Assembly: GCA_965214835.1 (NCBI GenBank)
Contig: CBDCCK010000002.1
Span: forward strand, 384,001-448,000
DNA: 64,000 nt
Direction: 5' to 3'
Origin: Nitrosopumilaceae archaeon
Lineage (GTDB): Archaea; Thermoproteota; Nitrososphaeria; Nitrososphaerales; Nitrosopumilaceae
The notes under the pieces: generated by a model
The model's database searches: none
What the model saw: the letters and a program-made list of their open reading frames with translations, nothing else
What the model was told of the DNA's origin: nothing
Shown here: positions 49,951 through 61,700 of the stretch, in pieces
How the letters are laid out: every line of letters begins with the position of its first letter
Numbering within the stretch: the stretch's first letter is position 1
Translations under genes and position numbers: made by a program

Positions 49951-51498
49951 ATGCCTACAGCCTCGGAATTCAAGGAACTATGCAATGAGCTTGCCCGCGA
50001 AAAAGCGGAACTTCAGAAGGAGTAGAAGGAACATCAGAGGACGCAAGGCAAGCTTCAGAAGGAGCAGAAGGAACATCAGAGGACGCAAGGCAAGCTTCAG
50101 AAGGAGCAGAAGGAACATCAGAGGACACGGGAGGAGCTTGCCGCTGAGAAGGCGGGACGCAAATCTGACAATGCCGTCTCTGCCGCGCAAATCGCGACGC
50201 AGACAGCACAAATCAAGCAGTTCAAACAACGCATCACATATTATGAGAACCCGCACAGCCCCTCCTCGCAGAACTCGATTCCGACCAGGCAGAAAAAGGC
50301 AGCAGCCGCGGCAGGGGCATCTGGAAGGGCACCTACAAGGCCGGGCCGCAGGCCCGGACACGAGGGCATATCACACAGGAGAACACCGACCCGGGAAATG
50401 AACCACGTGCCTGACATGTGCGGCGCGTGCAACGGGCGCGACCTGACAGATCCGGTTCCCGCCGGAACCAGGATGGCTACTGACATTCCAGAGATCCCAG
50501 AGCCGGTCACGACACAGCACTACTTTACCCGCCGCAAGTGCCGCAAGTGCGGCGCCATCACCACGACAAACGGGGGCGGGCTGGTCGTTCCGGGCACCGA
50601 GTTTGGACCCAACATTGCCTCCTATATCGGCACCCTGTACACCATGCCGGCATCCGTCGGCTCGATCAGGCGCATCGTAAAGGAGATCTTTAAAATTGAT
50701 GTAAGCAAGGCGATGATACAGAACTGCCTCAAGACCGTTACAAAGAAGCTTGATCCGTGCGTGGAGGACATCAAAAAAGACATTGCAGGATGCGACCACG
50801 TCCACATGGACGAGACGGGGATGCCATACGACGGCAAGAGCGGCTACATGTGGGTGGCAGTGGGAGTCAAGGACGGCAATGCCGTCGGCGCGCACATGGT
50901 GGCAACTGACAGCAGGAGGGCATCCGTACTGGATGAGCACTTTTCATATGTGCCCAGAGTCGGGGTGACTGACGGATACCCCGGATACGACAAGTTCTTT
51001 GGCAGGAACAGGCAGCGGTGCTGGGCCCACATAATCCGGGAGGCAGATGCCCAAAGCGAGAAAACGGACTCCCCGGAGGTTCGCGCCGCAGGCGAGCGCC
51101 TCAAGTGGCAGATGCATTGCGCCAAGGGGCCGGGGCCGCCGGAGGAGGCTGCCAGGCAGCACGACAGTCGGGTGGCAGAAACACGCGAGATTGCCGCCAC
51201 ATACAGGAAGGAAGGATGTGACAGCTGTGCCACAAAGATTGACAACGCCTCGGAGTTTCTCTACACGTTTACGACGCGTCCTGGGATGGATCCCACCAAC
51301 AACCTGGCAGAGCGCACGCTGAGGCCCGGCGTGATCGCGCGCAAGATACGGTTCGGACTGCGGACAAAAGACGGACAGAAGATGTTCGGTAACATGTTGA
51401 CGTGCATCGAGACATGGCGCCTCCGGGGGTGCAACGTTACGGACATGATCAGGGACGCGCTGGTCGGAAACCCCGGGTACGTGGTCGTCTGCCCCTAG
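49951..51498 (+). pseudogene. IS66 transposase with premature TAG at codon 25
   Basis: One frame from ATG 49951 apart from TAG at 50023-50025; HMDETG, TDGYPGY, QRCWAH, PTNNLAER. Confidence 0.85.
50011..50126 (+). repeat. 42-bp tandem repeat (2.8 units, LQKEQKEHQRTQGK)
   Basis: Units start at 50011, 50053, 50095. Confidence 0.9.
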
Positions 51499-52725
51499 CA
51501 ATCCTGCACTAATCTGCCTGCAGTTGTGATTTTCATGCCTGAAAAGACGGTGGGTGTGACTTTAACTCTAGGCAGGGGCTAACCTATTACAATAGAAACA
51601 TCTCTGTTTTTGACGAGGCCCACTCAATTGAGGATCAGATTGTCCAGTTTGCCGGGGTTGTCATCACCGGGAAGTACATCGACGAGTGCGGAATCAGAAT
51701 TGAGTCGTATGATCTCTCGGATGTGGAGGTCGTCATCGGGTTGTTGGATGACATGGCGGAGTTTTATGCACGCAAGGTCAAGGAAATTCGGGAAAGCAGG
51801 TCATACCGGGAAAATCCCGACTATGGCAGAATCGGCAGGCTGGATGGCAGTCATGAGCGGTTTGCAAAGGCGCGCGCCGAGCTTTCCTCCAAGCCAGATA
51901 ACTTCATAGTAAACGAGCCTGACCATGAGGGGGGAAAGTTCAAGTCAGTCTCGGTAAAGCCCCTTGACATCTCACAGTATGCCAGGGAGTTCTTCATTAC
52001 CCCGTTTCAGATTTTCATGTCTGCAACGGTAGGCATGGACTCTTTTTGCCAGAACATGGGACTGTCTCCTGACGAGATAGCTGTGGTAGACACGCCGCGT
52101 TCCCCGTTTCCACTGGAGAACCGCAGGGTATGGTTTGTAAATGCGGCCAGGCTTGCATACGACAGCCCCAGGGTTGATGAAAACAGAATATGGCTAAAGA
52201 TTGACGAGATTTTATCCGGGCACGAAAACCAGAGGGGCCTGATCCTCACCTCGTCTATCTCAAGATGCGGGGATATTGCAAAGAACCTCTCCTCAAAAAA
52301 CAGGGGGCGCATAAGGATATGCCACGCCAGAAATCCGGGCGGAATGACGCAGGACGACATCATAAAGGAGCATGCAGACTCAAAAGACGGGGTCTTGCTG
52401 TCATCATCACTCTGGCAGGGCGTAGATCTGAAGGATGATTTGTCAAGGTTTCAGATCATCGCAAAGGCTCCGTATCCGAACTACACGGAAAAATGGGTAG
52501 AGTCCAAGATGGAACGGTACCCGCTGTGGTACGCATCGCAGACAGTTACCAAGATATTACAGGGGCTTGGCCGCTCCGTAAGGGGCAAGGGAGACTGGGC
52601 CGTAACGTATGTCGTAGACTCTGCAGTCGAGCCGCTGCTTAACAACTCAAAGAATCTGGTTCCCAGATCGTATCATGACGTGTTTGGGTGGAACAGGGCC
52701 CAGGCTACACCCACGTGAGCTTTGA

Positions 52726-55700
52726 TCATTTCGCTTGAGCATGCAGCCGCCTTGCAGCGACGATGGCAGCCGCCGGTGCTGCCACGTACATGCCTACATT
52801 CAGGGCTATGACCGAGGCGCCCAGCGCCAGCACCGAGGACTCCGAGCCCTCCTCGGCAAGCGACATTATCGACAGCGTCGAGATCATCGGGGATATAACA
52901 ATCCTTACGGCCTCGCGGAATGCCGGACTCTGGCGCTCCAGGTCTGCCACCGCGGGCGAGAACATATAGTATACCGAGTTGAATCCGGCGACAAAGGAGG
53001 CACCCGAGTCAGTCGAGAGCAGCGCGCCGTCGCGTATCTCCCTGAGTGCCTGCACCTGCGACGCCATCTCTGTTCCATATGCGGCAGTCGCTATCAGGCA
53101 CGAGCCGCCGGGCATCGGTGCGGGCGTGGGTTCGGGCTGTACCACGGGTTCGGGCTCCGGTACCGGCGGCTGCGGCTCGGGCTCTGGCTGTACCACGGGT
53201 TCGGGCTCTGGTACCGGCGGCTGCGGCTCGGGCTCTGGCTGTACCACGGGTTCGGGCTCTGGTACCGGCGGCTGCGGCTCGGGCTCTGGCTGTACCACGG
53301 GTTCGGGCTCTGGTACCGGCGGCTGCGGCTCGTCGATCGCATCGGACGGCTGGCCGACCGTATCGATATCGACAGACAGGGACGCCGGAATGTCGTACGT
53401 GCGCTGGCCGACGCAGGCATCCACGTTTACCGATTCATAGTCGGAGCTCAGGCCCCCGCCGGATTGCAGGATTGCGCTGACGCCTATGTATGTCTCGCTC
53501 TGACTAATCGGTCCCGTAAACGCCAAGAGTCCCCCGACCGTCTGGCCTGTGGCCGTGACCTTGGTGACACTGCTCTCGGTGGTGCGTATCGAAATCGAGA
53601 GATCATCTGAGACAGGTCCGGCGGTGATCGTCACGAGTCCTGCGGTACAGTCCCACGATATGGAGGCTATGTATGCCAGATCCACGCCGGCCGACGAGGT
53701 GATGACGTTGGTGCGGCCGCCGCCTCCCCCACCTCCGCCACCGGAGTTGATGCGGCCGGTACCGGCGCCGTCATCCTCACGAACCTGGACGCGCTCTGTG
53801 AGTGTAATCGGGTTGTCCGGCGACGCGTCTATTAGGTTGCCGCGCAGGTCCGAGACGGCGTCGGCGGCAATGTCAAGCTGCGGCATATCCATCGGGATCA
53901 CCTGCTCCATCTGGGAATCTGCAAGGGTAAGCGAGAGGGTCTCGACGTCGGCGGAGTCAAAGTCGAATATGGCGCCTGCCAGAGGGACCATATCTGCCTG
54001 GTTTACATCGCTTACATGCAGCAGGGTCAGGCCAGTAGCCGATACGTCCACGGCCTTGCTGAAGGTTATGGTCATTGCCCCCGTGTTCTCGTCAAGGGTT
54101 GCAGATTCAAAGGCCGGCGGCGAGGTATCGCGCACGTGCACCTGCCGGGTTACGGGATCGGGTGCAAGGCCTGCGGCGTCCGCGGACGCCGTGTAGGTTA
54201 CCACATAGTCTCCGACAGTCCCGGTGTCCACTGCCGCAGAGTCCACCGATACCGTACCCCGGTAGGCCGGATCGTTGTCGGTCACGACCGCGCCCGGATC
54301 CACATACGGGACTCCCAGCTCAGATACGAACGGATCGTCGCCCGATGGCATGATGACTGGGGGAGTGGTGTCCCGTACCGTTACAACTCTGGTGGCGGTG
54401 GCCTCGTTGCCGCCGTCGTCTGCTGCCGCATACGTCACCGTATAGTTACCCGCTATGCCGGTGTCGACTGCCGAAGTGTCAGTCATAACTGTGTCTGTAT
54501 AGTCCGGATCATTATCCGTCGAGGTGGCGCCGGCATCGGCGTATGTACCGCCCAGCTCTACAACGGCGGGATCGTCGCCAGATACCGTAATGACTGGGGG
54601 TGTGGTGTCCCGAATCATAACGATCCTGGTGGCGGTGGCCTCGTTGCCGCCGTCGTCTGCTGCCGCATACGTCACCGTATAGGTTCCCGCCTGGCCGGTG
54701 TCTATTGCCGAGGTGTCGGCAGTCACGGTTCCGTCGTATGCCGGATCGTTGTCGGTGGCCGTCGCGCCGGCATCGGCGTATAGATCGCCTAGTTCCACAG
54801 TTACGGGATCGTCGCCGGATACCGTAATGACTGGGGGCAGGGTATCGCGCACATGAACAATTCTGATCGCTGTTCCCGTGTTGCCCTCGCCGTCGGTGGC
54901 AGTGTAGGTCACATGATAGTCGCCGCGCCTCGTCACGTCGACTGCCGTGTCGTCGGTGACGACAGCCGAGCCATCGTCCGCCGTCGCACCGGGATCATCA
55001 TACGCGGTGCCCAGCTCGTGGGCCAGCGGGCTGTCGCCGGATATGGTGATGACTGGTGCCGCCGTATCCTGTACTATGACGATGCGCTCGGCCGGATCGG
55101 GTGCGAGTCCGGCGCCATCTGGAGATGCCGTATACGTTACGACATAGGTGCCAGTCACGTCGACGTTTACCGTGTCGCCGCCGATGCTGACCGTGCCGGC
55201 ATATGCCGGATCGTTGTCGGTCACCGTGGCGCCCTGCTCTGTATAGGGGCTGCCAAGCTGCAGGGTCAGCGACGGCGGGCCGTTGACGGTGATTACCGGC
55301 TTTGTGGTGTCCTGAACGGTTACCCTGCGCTCTACCGGATCGGGTGTGTTATTCGCGCCGTCTGGAGATGCCGTGTATGTCACGATATAGCTGCCCGATT
55401 CGTTGACATTCACCGCGGTGTCGTCTGTTGCTACCGTGCCTGCATATGCCGGATCGTTGTCGGTCACCGTGGCGCCAGGATCCGAATAGGGCGAGCCCAG
55501 CTCGTGCAGTAGCGGGCTGTCACCAGATATGGCGATTACGGGATTTGTGGTGTCCTGAACGGTTACCCTGCGCTCTACCGGATCGGGTGTGTTATTCGCG
55601 CCGTCTGGAGATGCCGTATACGTTACGACATAGGTGCCAGTCACGTCGACGTTTACCGCGTCGCCACCGATGCTGACCGTGCCGGCATAGGCCGGATCGT

Positions 55701-58700
55701 TGTCGGTCACCGTGGCGCCAGGATCCGAATAGGGCGAGCCCAGCTCGTGCAGTAGCGGGCTGTCACCAGATATGGCGATTACGGGATTTGTGGTGTCCTG
55801 AACGGTTACCCTGCGCTCTACCGGATCGGGTGTGTTATTCGCGCCGTCTGGAGATGCCGTATATGTTACAATGTAGCTTCCTGCCAGGGAGGTGTCGACT
55901 GCCGAGAAGTCGGCGTTGACTGTCTCTGCATAGGCCGGATCGTTGTCAGATACCGTGGCTCCCTGCTCGGCGTACGTGCCTCCAAGCTCGACTGTCACGT
56001 CCCCTCCGGTTAGCGTAATGACGGGCGGCGTGGTATCGCGCACCTGCACGGTCCTGGCATCCGAGGCCTCGTTGCCGTTGGGGTCGGTGGCCGTATATGT
56101 TACCGTATAGTCTCCTTCAGTATCGGTGTCAACTGCCGAGACGTCCGCGGTGACCGGCGAGCCGTCGACTGTCGTGGCTCCCGGATCCGTGTACGGGTCG
56201 CCCAGCTCGTGGGTAAGCGGGTTTGCGCCTGTTACCGTGATTACGGGCGGCGTGGTGTCTATATCAGACAGCCGGACCGTCTGGAGGCCGCCGTCCTTCT
56301 CCGAGGTTACGGCCGCATAGGTGTGATTGCCTGCCACAAAGGTCTTCACGCCGGTGGCGTCGTTAAGCAGCAGGGATGACATGTCCTTCAGGCCTCCGAC
56401 GTCCTCCGGGGAGGCAGGATCAGACACGTCGACGATCTGGAGGCCGTCCTCGCCGCGGGAGGTGACTGCGGCGTAGGTGTGATTGCCCAGTACGAACGTA
56501 TCGACGCCGTGGGTGAATCTGAGCAGCAGTGACGGGTCGTCTGTCAGCCGTCCTGCAGGCGCCGGATTGTGCGGATCGGTCACGTCTATAATCTGCAGGC
56601 CGCCCTCGCTGCGGGAGGTGACTGCCGCGTAGGTGTTGCCGTTTATAGTAAAGGTATCAATGCCAAAGGAGGTGCTAAGCAGGAGGGACGCATCACCATC
56701 ATCACGCAGCTGTCCGGCAGGTTCCGGGTTGTCCGGATCGGTGACGTCTATTATCTTGAGGCCGTTGTTCTCGTAGGAGGCCACGGCGGCGTAGGTGTTG
56801 TCACTTATCACAAAGGTGTCCACGGCCACAAGGCGGGTAAGACGCATGCCTGCAGTGTCTTCCAGCCTCCCGGCAGGCGCCGGGTTGTCCGGATCCGATA
56901 TGTCGACGATCTGGAGGCCGCCGTCGTGCTCAGAGACGACTGCCGCGTAGGTGTTGCCGTTTATCACAAAGGTGTCCACGGCAGTAGCCCCGTGGAGGAA
57001 CAGTTCATCTGGTTCCTCAACGTCTTCCAGATTTCCGGCAGGTGCGGGGTTGTCCGGATCCGATATGTCGACGATCTGGAGGCCGTTGTCGACGTTGGAT
57101 GCCACTGCGGCGTAGGTGCTACCGCCTATCGTAAAGACGGCCACGTCATATGCTCCGTCAAGCAGCAGGGATTCGTCGTCCTTTAGCTGTCCGGCAGGGG
57201 CAGGAGCCGCAGGATCCGTCATGCTTACAACCTGGAGACCGTCATCCTCAAACGATACGACTGCGGCGTATGTCCCGGCGCCTATCCTGAAGGTGTCGAC
57301 TGCGCGGGTGTTGTCAAGCAGCAGTCCCTCCTCTGTAATGATGCCCTCCGTCATTTCATCGTCGGTGTCCTCCAGGCTGCCTGCCGCTGCCGGACTCTTG
57401 AGAAGATCGAGTGACACGTATACGGTGACGGTGCCGCGTGCCGTGTCGGTGCCGTCAGTTACCGTGTATGCAAACGAGTCCAGACCGGCATAGTCCGTGT
57501 CCGGCGTGTACGTTATGGCGGTATCGTCATGGGTTACGGCCCCGTTGGGCGGGTCGTCTACGGCAGATATCCTCGGCGTGTCGGCAGCGTCGGGATCAGA
57601 CATGGCAGGATCTATGGTTACGGGCGTATTCTTGTAGGCAGACACGTGCACGTCGGGCGCCACGGGAGCAACGTTGGCGCCTGCAAGCACGATTGCGCGG
57701 TCCGGCTCGTCTCCTATGGCGTTGCCGGCCGGATCCGAGACTGCGCCTGCGGCTATGTCCAGCTGCGGCGCATCCATGGGGACGACCAGTGCCAGCTGGG
57801 CCGTGGTGAGCACAAGCTGTATGGTCTCAGAGTCCGGTACCGCATCATCAAAGGTTGCATCAGTCATGGCCACCTCGTCTGAGGCGCCCGTGTCGCTGAC
57901 ATACAGTTTTGACAGGTCGGTCGCAGAGACATCTATGGTCTCATCAAAGGTGATCGACATCATGCCGGTGGTCTCGTCCAGCGTGGCCGAGGAGAATGCC
58001 GGGGCCGTGATGTCAGCGGCTGCCAGCTCGGCGATCTGCAGGCCGCCGTCCTCTCCTGACGTCACTGCGGCGTATGTTGACGTGCCTATCACAAACGTGT
58101 CCACGCCGGAGGCGCCGTGAAGCAGCAGGATCGAGGAGTTGGGCAGTTTTCCGGCGTCCCTCGGGTTCGCAGGATTAGTTACATCAACGATCTGCAGGCC
58201 GTCAAAGGCGTCGTCGGTGACTGCCGTCACCGCCGCGTATGTCCTGCCGCCTGCCGTGAAGATGTCCACGTCTATCGTATCATCAAGCAGCCTGGCGTTG
58301 TCATCACGCAGCTGTCCTGCTGCGCTCGGGGCAGTCGGGTCGGTGACATCGACGATCTGCAGTCCTCCGTCGCCCCGGGAGGTGACTGCCGCATATGTAC
58401 GGGCGTCTGCCTCAAATATGGCGACGCCGGAGGTGCCGCCAAGCAGCCTGGCGTTGTCATCACGCAGCATTCCGACTGCGTCCGGGTTTTCCGGGTCGGT
58501 GACATTGACGATCTGCAGTCCTCCGTCGCTGCCGGAGGTGACTGCCGCATATGTACGGGCGTCTGCCTCAAATATGGCGACGCCGGCAGTGTTTGCAAGC
58601 AGCCGGGATCCGTTGTCCCTCACCTGTCCGACTGCGTCCGGGTTTTCCGGGTCGGTGACATTGACGATCTGCAGTCCTCCGTCGTTATCGGAGGTGACTA

Positions 58701-61700
58701 CGGCATACGTCCTGTCATCCGTGCCGTCAGTTATCGTAAAGGTGTCCACCGATGTCGTATCGTCAAGCAGCAGGTCGATGCCCCCTCCCAGCGTGTCCTC
58801 CAGGAGTCCCGTGGCGCTCGGGCCGGCCGGGTTAGTCACGTCGACGATCTGCAGGCCGCCGTCGGTAATGGATGTTACTGCCGCGTACGTCCTGGCGTTT
58901 ATCGCGAATATGTCCACGTCGGAGGCGCCGCCAAGCAGCAGTGAATTAGTATCGGCCAGCTGTCCTGCGGCCTCGGGGCTGTCCGGATCCGATACGTCGA
59001 CGATCTGCAGGCCGCCGTCGCCGAATGAGGCCACTACAGCGTACGTCTTGCCGCCTGTCACAAACGTTTCCACGCCGCGGGTGTGCTCAAGCAGCAGCTG
59101 ACCCGGGCCCTCCGTATCCTCGAGCTGCCCGGCAGCTGCCGGGTTCTCAAGGAGGGCTATCGTAAGTTCCGATTGATCCAGCACGGTGACGGTGCGCTCT
59201 GCCGCATCCGGCGCGTTGCCTGCGTCGTCTGCTGTAGCCGTGTAGGTTACAACGTAGATGCCGGCAGTGGACACGTCAACCGTGTCGCCGCCGATGCTGA
59301 CCGTGCCGGCATAGTCGGGATCGTTGTCAGATACCGTGGCGCCCTGCTCCGTATAGGTGCCGCCAAGTACTACTGCCACACTGGACTTGCCGTTGGGTGT
59401 TATTGTCGGCGCCGTGGTGTCCTGAATCGTGATGTCCCTTGTGGCAGTTCCCTTGTTGCCGTCGTTGTCGGTTGCCATATAGGTTATCGTGTAGGTTCCT
59501 GCATTGCCAAAGTCCACGGCCGAGTCGTCGGCAGTTACTGCCGAGCCGTCATCGGCAGTCGCGCCAGGATCTACAAATGTGTCTCCGAGCTCGTGGACCA
59601 GCGGGTCTGCGCCTGTTACAGTGATTACGGGCGGGGTGGTATCCCCGCCGGCGGCCACGGCGATATCAAAGGTCTCAGAATCGGTGCCTCCGCGGCCGTC
59701 GTTTACCGTTATGGTGACTGTGTGGGTCTGCCCGGCGTCTGCCTGCACGGGAGTCCAGGCTATACGGCCGTCGGATGTCGTGAAGGCGGCGGCTGCCGGC
59801 AGCGTGCCGCGCGATATCGAGTACGTGTGCGTGTCGGTCGGATCGGCGTCGGTCACAGAAGGTGTTATGGTCAGCTGTGTACCGGGCGTTGCAGTCTGGT
59901 CGCCTATTGTACCCAGGACAGGGGCGTTGTTGTCGGGCGTTACGGTTACAGTTATGGTGCCCTGTGCGGTGTCGGTGCCGTCAGATACGGTATATCCGAA
60001 GGTGTCCGTGCCCTCATAATCAGCATCAGGCGTGTAAGTTATGGTGGTACCATCATGAATGGTAGTCCCGTTTGGCGGGTTCTCTACTGCCGATATTGTA
60101 GGAGTGTCCGATGTGTCCGGATCCGATATTGCAGGCGTTATGGTTACAGGCGTGTCCTCTGCAGTGGTCGCCGTCGCAGCAGGCGCAACAGGCGGGGCAT
60201 TGGGAGTCTCTGCTGCCTCGTCCAGCCTCACCAGTTGGAGGCCGTCATCGCTGTTGGAGGTTACTGCGGCGTAGGTGTTGGCGCCTATCTTGAAGACGGC
60301 CACGCTGCCGGCGCCGTCAAGCAGCAGGGTACCGCCAGTACCATCATCTCCCAGACTCCCGGCGGCGGTGGGGCTGTCGGGATCGGTGACGTCTACAATC
60401 TGGAGGCCGTCTTCGTTGTTGGAGGTTACTGCGGCGTAGGTGTTGGCGCCTATCTGGAACGTGTCCACTCCGCGGGCGTTGCGAAGTAGCGTAGATGTAT
60501 CATCACCTAGATTCCCGGCGGCGGCAGGATTGTCGGGATCGGTGACATCTACAATCTGGAGGCCGTGCTCTCTGTTGGAGGCCACTGCGGCGTAGGTGTT
60601 GGTGCCTATCTGAAACGTGTCCACTCCGCGGGCGCCGAGAAGTAGCGTAGATGTATCATCACCTAGATTCCCGGCGGCGGCAGGATTGTCGGGATCGGTG
60701 ACATCTACGATCTGGAGGCCGTTGTTACTATTAGATTCGGCTGCTACTGCGGCGTAGGTGCTGCCGCCTATCATGAAGACATCTACACTGCGGGGGCCAT
60801 TAAGAATCGTTTGTGTACCATCTCCCAGACTCCCGGCGGCGGCAGGATTGTCGGGATCGGTGACGTTTACAATCTGGATGCCGTGTTCATTGTGGGAGGC
60901 CACTGCGGCGTAGGTGGAGCCGCCTATCTTGAAGACGGATACGCTGACGGCACCGTCAAGCAACTTAGAGCCATCATCTTTCAGACTGCCGGCGGCGGTT
61001 AGGTTGTCGGGATCGGTGACGTTTACAATCTGGATGCCGTCATCATGATTGGAGGCCACTGCGGCGTAGGTGTTGGTGCCTATCTTGAAGATGTCCACGC
61101 CGCGGGCGCCGACAAGTAGCAGCTCGTCCGAGGTATCTCCCAGACTCCCGGCGGCTGTAGGATTGTCGGGATCGGTGACGTCTATAATCTGGAGGCCGTT
61201 GTCAGATTCGGAGACCACTGCGGCGTATGTGTTGGTGCCTATCTGGAACGTGTCCACGTCGTGGGCGCCGTCAAGTAGCAGTTGCGGGTTGTCTCCTATA
61301 TTCCCGACCGGGGTCAGCGTGAGTGTGGGCGGAGCATCACCCACGGCTATGTCAAATGTCTCAGAATCGGTGCCGCCGCGGCCGTCATTTACCGTTATGG
61401 TGACCGTGTGGGTCTGTCCTGCATCGGCCGGTACAGGCGTCCAGACGAGGGTGCCGTCAGATGTGGAAAATACGGCGGCTGCCGGCAGCGTGCCGCGCGA
61501 TATCGAGTACGTGTGCGTGTCGGTCGTGTCGTCATCAGTTATGGTAGGCGTTATGGTCAGCTGGACTCCCACCGTAGCGGCCCGGTCGCCTATGGTACCC
61601 AGGACTGGATCGTTGTTGTCGCGCGTTACGGTTACAGTTATCGTGCCCTGCGCCGTGTCTGTTCCATCAGATATCGTATATTCGAAGGTGTCGGTGCCTT

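Larger units (their letters stand above)
49877..51590 (+). mobile_element. IS66-family element (single-ORF, ISBst12-like)
   Basis: Perfect 23-bp TIR gtaataggttagcccctgcctag; 8-bp TSD aatagaaa (49869-49876, 51591-51598). Confidence 0.95.
49311..52718 (+). pseudogene. DinG/XPD-like SF2 helicase interrupted by IS66
   Basis: APTGVGKS and Cys cluster in the 5' part; excising IS plus one TSD gives GYLNRNISVFDEAH; helicase C2 motifs (WQGVDL, LQGLGRSVR) in the 3' part. Confidence 0.9.

Noticed and set aside
50023-50025. Pyrrolysine read-through of TAG (also 612-614)
   Set aside because: No pyl genes here, TAG is used as a normal stop in many genes of the window, and the sister repeats show CAG
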